DNA from: Nemertoderma westbladi
Lineage: Eukaryota > Animalia > Xenacoelomorpha
DNA length: 64,000 nt
Reading direction: 5' to 3'
Assembly: GCA_032718475.1 (NCBI GenBank)
Contig: JAUCBJ010004672.1
Location: forward strand, 1-64,000
Shown here: piece by piece, positions 1 through 13,335 of the stretch
Position numbering within the stretch: the stretch's first letter is position 1
Layout: every line of letters begins with the position of its first letter
The notes under the pieces: model-generated
Databases searched by the model: none
Told to the model about the DNA's origin: nothing
The model's input: the letters and a program-made list of their open reading frames with translations, nothing else
Position numbers and translations under genes: made by a program

Positions 1-1705
1 AGATTTTAAATATCTCCTACTTACAATAGCTAACAGATTCTAAACTATACTACAGTACTATACACTAATTTATATAGTACTTCCTACTGTAAGGGTCCAG
101 TAGTATACCGCTTACCAGATCCTAGTAACGATGTATCTTACTATGAGACTCTAGTAATGTATACGGGCTTGTACAGTATCTGACAACAAATCCCAGTCCA
201 GGATATCTAAACAAACAGATACAGTACACAAACGACTACTGGCGAGGAACAGAGCCTTGTATCTATTCTATGTACGTGAGCGAGTCTAATGCCTACGTAC
301 TAGACAGAAGGATACCTGTCCTCCAACCGGTGAGGCAGATGTACAGTTACCGTAACAGACCAAACTCACGGGAAAACAATCCCCGCGCAGCGAATCCTAA
401 CTATCACTGACAGTCCTAAATACAGTAACTTGCCGCGGTGTGATTTATATGGTTTATATACGAGCTAGTGGGTTAACAGACCTAGCGTAACAACACTGAC
501 AGTCCTAAATCAGTCGAAAAGGGGTCGTGCCTAAATGTAACAATAACTGATCCCCCTGTACGAAATCAGTCTAAAGGGTCAGGCCTAAATGTAACAATAC
601 CGTTGTCCAGACAAACAACAGTTTAATAACGAAAGTGAAATACTCCTTATCTTGCCGCAATCAAATCAGATCCTAATTGTACAAATACAAATAATTTCCA
701 CCTAACGTAATGTATAGTACGCTATAGCTAGTAGAACTTTAAGGGCGATATGTTTTAGGGCGTGTGTGTGTGGGTGTGTTACAAATAAAACAATTTCGGG
801 TAATTCCTTTTACTAGGTTTTAGTGATTTTCTGACTAAAATGATACCGTGCGCTAGCTACTAAAATAAACTAGTCGCGTTTGTAGAACTTTATACTCACG
901 AATGACGTCAAAGCTCTCTCCTTCCTATCCACAACCCAATGGGCAACCACAGTGTTAGTAACTACACCCGTGATCGGCACTAATACCAGATTCTGGTTGT
1001 AAGATAAGAATAGGGGTTAATCGCTACCGTACGTTAGCTGATCTGGTATACTAATTTAATTCTAGAATTTTGTTGCTGCGGTAGTTAGCAGCAATACCTA
1101 TCAGTACGTGGCAAGGCGCGGTAGGATATTAATAAACCTCCCTAGGCCAAGCGGTGTGCCGGTAGCAGAAATGCTCCTTGCCTGATCAAATAGCTAACTC
1201 CAGACAGGAGGGGGGGGGGGGGGGGGTACTAATGTACGTTCTACAAAGCGAACCGGTACCAAACAGTCAGTGCTATGAATCACTAAATTATTGAACGTAT
1301 GCTGTCCGTGCCTAATGTGTACTCGCGTACTGACGAATGGCAATAGTTCGCACCTGTAGGAAGTACAGGTTAACCCAGGGATTCGTAGGACTGACAAGAA
1401 GGGGGGGGGGTGTCTGGATATAATTATTTGATCCTAAATTTGCGGCGTCCAGTGCGGTGTCACGCTTACCCTGATCTATAGGTCTTACGGCGGGCAAGGG
1501 CGTCGAACAAAGTCTTACCTTTCTCACAAAGCGGGCGCTGCATGGCAAGTTGAGCATTTCGAAGGGGCAAAGGGGGTGCGCGGTCAATCCAAAGTGGGCG
1601 CTAGCGTGTTGTGGACATCCCTTCCCTGCGTTGCTTACGGCCTAACGGTCTAGGCTGCCATCTCCCTGGTGTTCGGCTGTCCCGAAGTCGGACCAAAAGA
1701 AAACA

Positions 1706-2287
1706 TGTCAGGAAATTGCAGTATATTTACAGTTTTACAAAAGGATTTATCAAACAAGTTTCAACAAGAAACCGAATTAACTAAATTTACAAGAATAAAC
1801 TGATAGAGTAACGTTATGAGAAATTATAACGGAAGTGTGTGTAACAAGAAGTGATAACCGAAGGCAAACCGGCCTTTTATACTAGAAATTGCACATGGAA
1901 ACTAAACAGAAATTTCCACAGCTTCACAATTGAGCAATAAAGTGTTTCGTGCCCTATGATTGGCCCAGCTCATCGTTCAACGCAGTCCGGCCCTTACACT
2001 AATCTGGGACATGGAATCCTAACAGAATTTTCCACTGCCTCACATTTGAGCAATAAGGTAATTTATGCCCTATGATTGGCCTGGCTCATTATCCGCTACG
2101 TTGTACGCTTCTCATTGGCCTACCAATTAGCACCTAAACGAAAATAAATGGCCCCAAAATACAAATTTCCCGACTGGGATTCGAACTCGTAACCTACGTA
2201 ATGTAACCAACGCCTTAACCATCTGACCACTACGCCACGAGAGTACCTAAGGGTTTTATGTGTACAAATATAAATAGGCATATTACA
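1706..2287 (-). mobile_element. Probable 5' LTR of an LTR retrotransposon; the internal leader runs from 1705 towards base 1 and out of the window
   Basis: Minus strand begins TGTAATA (2287) and ends CCTGACA (1706). It has three CCAAT boxes (about 1958, 2074, 2114), a diverged internal duplication (about 1892-1973 vs 2009-2090) and TATAAAA (1875-1881). A PBS-like TGGTCCGACTTCGGGAC follows 10 nt after the end. No second LTR or gag/pol is visible in the window. Confidence 0.55.
2169..2237 (-). other. tRNA-like Pol III promoter segment inside the putative LTR
   Basis: Minus strand has A box TGGTCAGATGG and B box GTTCGAATCC at tRNA-like spacing; no intact cloverleaf. Confidence 0.55.
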
Positions 2288-2615
2288 TTACTGTAACTTA
2301 ATCAAAATACGTCGGATTTTCAAAAGTTTTTACGTTAAAGTTAAACTACAAATGCTACCTTATAGTGAAATAATTCATCAAGCAGCAACAATCTTAACCA
2401 ATGTAATGGAATTCAAGTAGGATATATTGATTAGCACAGAGCCAAAACACCAAAACACCAAAACACCAAACACCAATAAGAGCCAAAACAAAACACCAAC
2501 ACCAAACACCAATAAGTCAATCAACAATTTTAAATTAGGGGCTGGTTATCAACAATGTCCGTTTGGTTAATTTTCAGAGATGCAGAACAACAACACATAA
2601 GAAAATTAGCTGTGT

Positions 2616-5600
2616 AGAACAACCCACACAATTACCATGTCTTGGGTTTCTGTGGTATGGGTTGTTTTACCTCTGATATTTTGTCACAGAGATAGAACAA
2701 CCCACACAATTACCATGACTTGGGTTTCTGTGGTGCGGGTTGTTTTACCTCTGATATTTTGTCACAGAGACAGAACAACCCACACAATTACCATGACTTG
2801 GGTTTCTGTGGTGCGGGTTGTTTTACCTCTGATATTTTGTCACAGAGATAGAACAACCCACACAATTACCATGACTTGGGTTTCTGTGGTGCGGGTTGTT
2901 TTACCTCTGATATTTTGTCACAGAGATAGAACAACCCACACAATTACCATGACTTGGGTTTCTGTGGTGCAGGTTGTTTTACCTCTGATATTTTGTCACA
3001 GAGACAGAACAACCCACACAATTACCATGACTTGGGTTTCTGTGGTGCGGGTTGTTTTACCTCTGATATTTTGTCACAGAGACAGAACAACCCACACAAT
3101 TACCACGACTTGGGTTTCTGTGGTGCAGGTTGTTTTACCTCTGATATTTTGTCACAGAGACAGAACAACCCACACAATTACCATGACTTGGGTTTCTGTG
3201 GTGCGGGTTGTTTTACCTCTGATATTTTGTCACAGAGATAGAACAACCCACACAATTACCACGACTTGGGTTTCTGTTGTGCGGGTTGTTTTACCTCTGA
3301 TATTTTGTCACAGAGATAGAACAACCCACACAATTACCATGACTTGGGTTTCTGTGGTGCGGGTTGTTTTACCTCTGATATTTTGTCACAGAGACAGAAC
3401 AACCCACACAATTACCATGACTTGGGTTTCTGTGGTGTGGGTTGTTTTACCTCTGATATTTTGTCACAGAGACAGAACAACCCACACAATTACCATGACT
3501 TGGGTTTCTGTGGTGCGGGTTGTTCTACCTCTGATATTTTGTCACAGAGACAGAACAACCCACACAATTAACGTAACTTGGGTTTCTGTGGTGCGGGTTG
3601 TTTTACCTCTGATATTTTCTCACAGAGATAGAACAACCCACACAATTACCATGACTTGGGTTTCTGTGGTGCGGGTTGTTCTACCTCTGATATTTTGTCA
3701 CAGAGACAGAACAACCCACACAATTAACGTAACTTGGGTTTCTGTGGTGCGGGTTGTTTTACCTCTGATATTTTCTCACAGAGATAGAACAACCCACACA
3801 ATTACAATGACTTGGGTTTCTGTGGTGCGGGTTGTTCTACCTCTGATATTTTGTCACAGATATAGAACAACCCACACAATTACCATGACTTGGGTTTCTG
3901 TGGTGCGGGTTGTTTTACCTCTGATATTTTGTCACAGAGATAGAACAACCCACACAATTACCGTGACTTGGGTTTCTGTGGTGCGGGTTGTTTTACCTCT
4001 GATATTTTGTCACAGAGATAGAACAACCCACACAATTACCGTGACTTGGGTTTCTGTGGTGCGGTTGTTTTACCTCTGATATTTTGTCACAGAGATAGAA
4101 CAACCCACACAATTACCGTGACTTGGGTTTCTGTGGTGCGGTTGTTTTACCTCTGATATTTTGTCACAGAGATAGAACAACCCACACAATTACCGTGACT
4201 TGGGTTTCTGTGGTGCGGTTGTTTTACCTCTGATATTTTGTCACAGAGATAGAACAACCCACACAATTACCATGACTTGGGTTTCTGTGGTGCGGGTTGT
4301 TTTACCTCTGATATTTTGTCACAGAGATAGAACAACCCACACAATTACCGTGACTTGGGTTTCTGTGGTGCGGGTTGTTTTACCTCTGATATTTTGTCAC
4401 AGAGATAGAACAACCCACACAATTACCGTGACTTGGGTTTCTGTGGTGCGGTTGTTTTACCTCTGATATTTTGTCACAGAGATAGAACAACCCACACAAT
4501 TACCGTGACTTGGGTTTCTGTGGTGCGGTTGTTTTACCTCTGATATTTTGTCACAGAGATAGAACAACCCACACAATTACCGTGACTTGGGTTTCTGTGG
4601 TGCGGTTGTTTTACCTCTGATATTTTGTCACAGAGATAGAACAACCCACACAATTACCGTGACTTGGGTTTCTGTGGTGCGGGTTGTTTTACCTCTGATA
4701 TTTTGTCACAGAGATAGAACAACCCACACAATTACCGTGACTTGGGTTTCTGTGGTGCGGTTGTTTTACCTCTGATATTTTGTCACAGAGATAGAACAAC
4801 CCACACAATTACCGTGACTTGGGTTTCTGTGGTGCGGTTGTTTTACCTCTGATATTTTGTCACAGAGACATAACAACCCACACAATTAACGTAACTTGGG
4901 TTTCTGTGGTGCGGGTTGTTTTACCTCTGATATTTTCTCACAGAGATAGAACAACCCACACAATTACCGTGACTTGGGTTTCTGTGGTGCGGTTGTTTTA
5001 CCTCTGATATTTTGTCACAGAGACATAACAACCCACACAATTACAATGACTTGGGTTTCTGTGGTGCGGGTTGTTCTACCTCTGATATTTTGTCACAGAT
5101 ATAGAACAACCCACACAATTACCATGACTTGGGTTTCTGTGGTGCGGGTTGTTTTACCTCTGATATTTTGTCACAGAGACATAACAACCCACACAATTAC
5201 CATGACTTGGGTTTCTGTGGTGCGGGTTGTTTTACCTCTGATATTTTGTCACAGAGACATAACAACCCACACAATTACCATGACTTGGGTTTCTGTGGTG
5301 TGGGTTGTTTTACCTCTGATATTTTGTCACAGAGACAGAACAACCCACACAATTACCATGACTTGGGTTTCTGTGGTGCGGGTTGTTTTACCTCTGATAT
5401 TTTCTCACAGAGATAGAACAACCCACACAATTACCATGACTTGGGTTTCTGTGGTGTGGGTTGTTTTACCTCTGATATTTTGTCACAGAGACAGAACAAC
5501 CCACACAATTACCATGACTTAGGTTTCTGTGGTGTGGGTTGTTTTACCTCTGATATTTTGTCACAAAGACAGAACAACCCACACAATTACCATGACTTGG

Positions 5601-8600
5601 GTTTCTGTGGTGCGGGTTGTTTTACCTCTGATATTTTGTCACAGAGACATAACAACCCACACAATTACCATGACTTGGGTTTCTGTGGTGCGGGTTGTTT
5701 TACCTCTGATATTTTGTCACAGAGATAGAACAACCCACACAATTACCATGACTTGGGTTTCTGTGGTGCGGGTTGTTTTACCTCTGATATTTTGTCACAG
5801 AGACATAACAACCCACACAATTACCATGACTTGGGTTTCTGTGGTGTGGGTTGTTTTACCTCTGATATTTTGTCACAGAGATAGAACAACCCACACAATT
5901 ACCATGACTTGGGTTTCTGTGGTGCGGGTTGTTTTACCTCTGATATTTTGTCACAGAGACATAACAACCCACACAATTACCATGACTTGGGTTTCTGTGG
6001 TGTGGGTTGTTTTACCTCTGATATTTTGTCACAGAGACATAACAACCCACACAATTACCATGACTTGGGTTTCTGTGGTGTGGGTTGTTTTACCTCTGAT
6101 ATTTTGTCACAGAGATAGAACAACCCACACAATTACCATGACTTGGGTTTCTGTGGTGCGGTTGTTTTACCTCTGATATTTTGTCACAGAGACATAACAA
6201 CCCACACAATTACCATGACTTGGGTTTCTGTGGTGTGGGTTGTTTTACCTCTGATATTTTGTCACAGAGATAGAACAACCCACACAATTACCATGACTTG
6301 GGTTTCTGTGGTGCGGTTGTTTTACCTCTGATATTTTGTCACAGAGACATAACAACCCACACAATTACCATGACTTGGGTTTCTGTGGTGCGGGTTGTTT
6401 TACCTCTGATATTTTGTCACAGAGACATAACAACCCACACAATTACCATGACTTGGGTTTCTGTGGTGCGGGTTGTTTTACCTCTGATATTTTGTCATAG
6501 AGATAGAACAACCCACACAATTACCATGACTTGGGTTTCTGTGGTGCGGGTTGTTTTACCTCTGATATTTTGTCACAGAGACATAACAACCCACACAATT
6601 ACCATGACTTGGGTTTCTGTGGTGTGGGTTGTTTTACCTCTGATATTTTGTCACAGAGATAGAACAACCCACACAATTACCATGACTTTGGTTTCTGTGG
6701 TGCGGTTGTTTTACCTCTGATATTTTGTCACAGAGACATAACAACCCACACAATTACCATGACTTGGGTTTCTGTGGTGCGGGTTGTTTTACCTCTGATA
6801 TTTTGTCACAGAGACATAACAACCCACACAATTACCATGACTTGGGTTTCTGTGGTGCGGGTTGTTTTACCTCTGATATTTTGTCACAGAGATAGAACAA
6901 CCCACACAATTACCATGACTTGGGTTTATGTGGTGCGGGTTGTTTTACCTCTGATATTTTCTCACAGAGATAAAACAACTCACACAATTACCACGACTTG
7001 GGTTTCTGTGGTGCGGGTTGTTTTACCTCTGATATTTTCTCATAGAGATAGAACAACCCACACAATTACCATGACTTGGGTTTCTGTGGTGCGGGTTGTT
7101 TTACCTCTGATATTTCGTCACAGAGATAGAACAACCCACACAATTACCATGACTTGGGTTTCTGTGGTGCGGGTTGTTTTACCTCTGATATTTCGTCACA
7201 GAGATAGAACAACCCACACAATTACCATGACTTGGGTTTCTGTGGTGCGGGTTGTTTTACCTCTGATATTTCGTCACAGAGATAGAACAACCCACACAAT
7301 TACCATGACTTGGGTTTCTGTGGTGCGGGTTGTTTTACCTCTGATATTTCGTCACAGAGATAGAACAACCCACACAATTACCATGACTTGGGTTTCTGTG
7401 GTGCGGGTTGTTTTACCTCTGATATTTTCTCACAGAGATAGAACAACCCACACAATTACCATGACTTGGGTTTCTGTGGTGCGGGTTGTTTTACCTCTGA
7501 TATTTTGTCACAAAGATAGAACAACCCACACAATTACCATGACTTGGGTTTCTGTGGTGCGGGTTGTTTTACCTCTGATATTTTGTCACAGAGACAGAAC
7601 AACCCACACAATTACCATGACTTGGGTTTCTGTGGTGCGGGTTGTTTTACCTCTGATATTTTGTCACAGAGACAGAACAACCCACACAATTACCATGACT
7701 TGGGTTTCTGTGGTGTGGGTTGTTTTATCTCTGATATTTTGTCACAGAGATAGAACAACCCACACAATTACCATGACTTGGGTTTCTGTGGTGCGGTTGT
7801 TTTACCTCTGATATTTTGTCACAGAGACATAACAACCCACACAATTACCATGACTTGGGTTTCTGTGGTGCGGGTTGTTTTACCTCTGATATTTTGTCAC
7901 AGAGACATAACAACCCACACAATTACCATGACTTGGGTTTATGTGGTGCGGGTTGTTTTACCTCTGATATTTTCTCACAGAGATAAAACAACTCACACAA
8001 TTACCACGACTTGGGTTTCTGTGGTGCGGGTTGTTTTACCTCTGATATTTTCTCACAGAGATAGAACAACCCACACAATTACCATGACTTGGGTTTCTGT
8101 GGTGCGGGTTGTTTTACCTCTGATATTTTCTCACAGAGATAGAACAACTCACACAATTACCACGACTTGGGTTTCTGTTGTGCGGTTTGTTTTACCTCTG
8201 TTATTTTGTCACAGAGATAGAACAACCCACACAATTACCATGACTTGGGTTTCTGTGGTGCGGGTTGTTTTACCTCTGATATTTTCTCACAGAGATAGAA
8301 CAACTCACACAATTACCACGACTTGGGTTTCTGTTGTGCGGGTTGTTTTACCTCTGATATTTTGTCACAGAGATAGAACAACCCACACAATTACCCTGAC
8401 TTGGGTTTCTGTGGTGCGGGTTGTTTTACCTCGGATATTTTCTCACAGAGATAGAACAACTCACACAATTACCACGACTTGGGTTTCTGTGGTGCGGGTT
8501 GTTTTACCTCTGATATTTTCTCACAGAGATAGAACAACCCACACAATTACCATGACTTGGGTTTCTGTGGTGCGGGTTGTTTTACCTCTGATATTTTGTC

Positions 8601-10236
8601 ACAGAGATAGAACAACACACACAATTACCGTGACTTGGGTTTCTGTGGTGCGGGTTGTTTTAACTCTGATATTTTGTCACAGATATAGAACAACCCACAC
8701 AATTACCATGACTTGGATTTCTGTGGTGCGGGTTGTTTTACCTCTGATATTTTGTCACAGAGATAGAACAACCCACACAATTACCATGACTTGGGTTTCT
8801 GTGGTGCGGGTTGTTTTACCTCTGATATTTTCTCACAGAGATAAAACAACTCACACAATTACCACGACTTGGGTTTCTGTGGTGCGGGTTGTTTTACCTC
8901 TGATATTTTCTCACAGAGATAGAACAACCCACACAATTACCATGACTTGGGTTTCTGTGGTGCGGGTTGTTTTACCTCTGATATTTTCTCACAGAGATAG
9001 AACAACTCACACAATTACCACGACTTGGATTTCTGTTGTGCGGGTTGTTTTACCTCTGATATTTTGTCACAGAGATAGAACAACCCACACAATTACCACG
9101 ACTTGGGTTTCTGTGGTGCGGGTTGTTTTACCTCTGATATTTTCTCACAGAGATAGAACAACCCACACAATTACCGTGACTTGGGTTTCTGTGGTGCGGG
9201 TTGTTTTACCTCTGATATTTTCTCACAGAGATAGAACAACCCACGCAATTACCATGAATTGGGTTTCTGTGGTGCGGGTTGTTTTACCTCTGATATTTTG
9301 TCACAGAGATAGAACAACTCACACAATTACCATGACTTGGGTTTCTGTGGTGCGGGTTGTTTTACCTCTGATATTTTGTCACAGAGATAGAACAACCCAC
9401 ACAATTACCATGACTTGGGTTTCTGTGGTGCGGGTTGTTTTACCTCTGATATTTTGTCACAGAGATAGAAAAACCCACACAATTACCACGACTTGGGTTT
9501 CTGTGGTGCGGGTTGTTTTACCTCTGATATTTTGTCACAGAGATAGAACAACCCACACAATTACCATGACTTGGGTTTCTGTGGTGCGGGTTGTTTTACC
9601 TCTGATATTTTGTCACAGAGATAGAAAAACCCACACAATTACCGTGACTTGGGTTTCTGTTGTGCGGGTTGTTTTACCTCTGATATTTTCTCACAGAGAT
9701 AGAACAACCCACACAATTACCATGACTTGGGTTTCTGTTGTGCGGGTTGTTTTACCTCTGATATTTTCTCACAGAGATAGAACAACCCACACAATTACCA
9801 TGACTTGGGTTTCTGTTGTGCGGGTTGTTTTACCTCTGATATTTTCTCACAGAGATAGAAAAACCCACACAATTACCGTGACTTGGGTTTCTGTTGTGCG
9901 GGTTGTTTTACCTCTGATATTTTCTCACAGAGATAGAACAACCCACACAATTACCATGACTTGGGTTTCTGTGGTGTAGGTTCTTTTACCTCTGATATTT
10001 TGTCACAGAGATAGAACAACCCACACAATTACCACGACTTGGGTTTCTGTTGTGCCGGTTCTTTTACCTCTGATATTTTCTCACAGAGACAGAACAACCC
10101 ACACAATTACCATGACTTGGGTTTCAGTGGTATGGGTTGTTTTACCTCTGATATTTTCTCACAGAGACAGAACAACCCACACAATTACCATGACTTGGGT
10201 TCTGTGGTGCGGGTTGTTTTACCTCTGATATTTTGT
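2616..10236. repeat. 78-bp satellite array, about 98 copies
   Basis: Unit AGAACAACCCACACAATTACCATGACTTGGGTTTCTGTGGTGCGGGTTGTTTTACCTCTGATATTTTGTCACAGAGAT with locally clustered variants; explains all ORFs from 2637 to 10329. Confidence 0.98.
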
Positions 10237-11914
10237 TTTCATGGTGAAACTCTGGTATTTTACAACTTTTTTACAACGTTGCGTGGTTTGCTCACGTCCA
10301 GGTTCTCCTATTTTCTCAATTTCTTCTAATTGTACCAATTATACGGATCTAGGATTTTATTTAAATATAATATTGGTATAACGTCACCTTGTGCCATATT
10401 TGTGAAGAAAATATTTTTTTGATAATTTTTGGTATGCGTTGTTCTGGATCTATGGTCACGGCACGGTATGTAGAAAGCAATGGATAATATTATTGTTTGA
10501 ATGGAATCTGAATTGCTATATTTAATAAATTATCTGTAAAAAAATTCGTAAATATTTGTACTTTTTGGATTAAATATGTAATATTGTTATTGATCAATGA
10601 GATGTGGTGCGCTACTTGTGGTTTTTTGTTGCATAAAAAAATTATATTTCGTGAGCGGATGTACTGTACAGTGTATATCTCGCATAACAATGAAAAGGGA
10701 GGGAAAATTATCTTCCGTCGTCGATAAACAGCTTTGTATCTGTATAAATTCCGACACCAAACATATTCTATATATTAGGCCCATTATATACAAAACTTAC
10801 CCATTGTAGTGTATTATACTCAAATTCCACGAAACAAATAGAGTTAAAATGGAATAATTTAACAACAAACTACAAAGTAATCAAACTACAATGTCAGTAA
10901 GGGAATAATATGGGGAGATTAACAGTAATATCGCGGTATATAGTATTTCCGGAGGGGAGGTTAGTTTGTTGTCCAACACTACTGCACTAAACCCTGGACA
11001 TGGACCATACCATTGATACCAACGCCACACCCCCCCCCCCCCCCCCCCCTTCCCCTCCCCAATAACCAAACCACCCTTACTTATCCGACCGCATGGACAT
11101 CAAAAACACAATTAAGACATCCCATAGACTCAACATCTAATAAATCAAAACACCGCACACAAAACAATAATTGTGTTTTTGGCTGGACTAAAACAAAATA
11201 ACGCGAGATATTGTCAAAGAATAATACAGTGCTGTACAAAACTCATATAATCTGTACAAATACCCAAAACTTAACTCAGTAGGCCTACCGTGAGATAAAT
11301 TCAGTTATTATATATAGTAATTATTGATTACATTCCGGTGCTAATAATTACCCAGTAATAATTGCTACTGAGTAATATTATACCAGTTCCTTTGTAGTTC
11401 TCCGCACAACGAATTAAAATATAAATTAGTTCTTTATGGGAGGGAGTTTTGGATGGAAGGAGTTTTTATTTCACTTAATATTTGACTGTTTTTGAAAGAT
11501 TAATTTAATTTCGGTAGGATATTATTGTGATTTACCAGTTTAGTTAATATCCGTCACACTTGAATGAAATATGTTACCACTGCAGTCACCATTATATTCT
11601 AAACTATATCTCTTTCAACTTAGGTATGTATGGTGATTAATACTTTCTATTTTTGAATTTGAGACAATGTTCTAAATTTCTTTAAAATGAAATGAAACTT
11701 ACTCAGAGAGTTGTGCTGCAGTGTGGCAATGGGATCGGTTGTCGACTGCACCACAATAATTGTGGACAAACCTGGTTGCTGTACTAGAAAGGTAACCTAA
11801 GATTTTATGGCTGATATCGTGGATCAGCCTAATTTAGGTTGCAGCTAAGTTATAATACAGATTAAATATTATTAAAGTTTATAAATGATCCTTAGCGGTT
11901 TGTACTCTGGAGTC

Positions 11915-12150
11915 ATGGAGCCTGTTCTGGCTACAAGAAAGCCACCTAGACTTCGTCATAAGGCCTTCAACTCTGTCTCCCGCCCACACATAGATCATTG
12001 AGGCTTATGGCCTTATGCCATGGGAGCACTTTATGATAGTTCCACAAGAGTTAGTCTGCACAGGTACAGTAGATACAGACCCATTTGAAATGTCATGTGG
12101 TGTCCTACAAGGTTACATGCTTGCATTCTTCACTATTGTGACTGAGAATG
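11915..12150 (+). pseudogene. Highly decayed LINE reverse-transcriptase fragment
   Basis: Remnant peptides KAFNSVSR and DTDPFEMSCGVLQG match KAFDSVSR and DTEPFEVLWGVLQG of the neighbouring LINE; many indels. Confidence 0.7.
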
Positions 12151-13335
12151 TTTCTCTACCAATAGTGTTGGAAATAATAGAGACACCTAGCGACTAATCT
12201 TTGCACTGCACTTGGCATAATGGAACTCGATGATGTGGCGCTGTAATCGAACAGCTGACTGCACCTTTCTCGATTGGTCAATTCCTTCAGGTGCCAACAC
12301 TTCTTTTTATCATGGAATACTGAAAAACAAGCAAATCAAAGCAAGCAATCCAACACAGTCGACTCCGAGGCCGGAGTCGGATTTTGTCATCAGCTGAACA
12401 TAGATAGAACGTTGATAAAACTACCGTAAAACTACTATTCCAGAAAAAACTATTCCATAAAAAACCGTCGGTTCCCCTAGTGATATCTTCCCCCACCAGT
12501 CCTGGCTTGGGTGGGTCAGTGCTTGCTGTATGGGAATTCCCAATCTTGTGATTGCTGCCATGCATGAATGGGTCGACATCGAGAAAGAAAGAATAAAGCT
12601 TGAGGGTTTACAATAGTTTAATAATTATGCTCGTCCAGATAGTTGTCTGATTGTATTGCTGATTTTGCATGTGCATTCTTGTTGCCAGACATTATTTTGA
12701 CAGAATCATGATTTTTAACTTTGATTTTAGCTATGATTTTTATATTAGACGACGTAAGATGATCTGGTCATATCTCAACAAGAACTAAGACAGATTTCGT
12801 CAAACCATTTTCAGATTTGCAACCTCTATAAAAACTGTTTTAAAAACGGCTAAAACAGCAACTTTTTTGGAAGAATTAAGAACTTCAATAGCGGATAGCA
12901 AAGATTTAACTCAATATAAATTGAATATGGCTGACTGTTCAGAAATTTTACATAAGATGTCAAAGATGAATGAAATATCACTGTGCGACCAACCAGTACC
13001 TTATAATAATATAGAGTAGCACTGCTGGTATTCAATGCATCTGTGACTTTAATAACCACAAATTAGAAACAGTAATAGTGAATCTTTGTGGTGCAGAAGG
13101 TGTGTTGAGTTAGCTTTGCTTTTATATTGAACTCAATCAATAATACTGCAATCTATGTGAGAAAAGTAATAACATAACAATTAACTCTCCATCTGTTTTT
13201 CGCTTTTATTTGTCAGTTTATTGCTGTTTGCAGAATTGCATTGCCAAATCATTAACTTTTAGATCTACTTCTGTTTTAGATTGGTGGAACTGTTGTGTAC
13301 GGGTAGTGCAGTGCGTCAGTCTCTGCAGGGTGATG

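Noticed and set aside
2637-10329. Long ORFs (up to 733 aa) in the 78-bp array
   Set aside because: The 78-bp unit is 26 codons with a stop-free frame; 1-bp deletions break the frame repeatedly; no unique coding flanks.
12360-12380. GC hairpin GACTCCG-AGGC-CGGAGTC as a Helitron 3' end
   Set aside because: No CTRR terminus at the expected distance on either strand.
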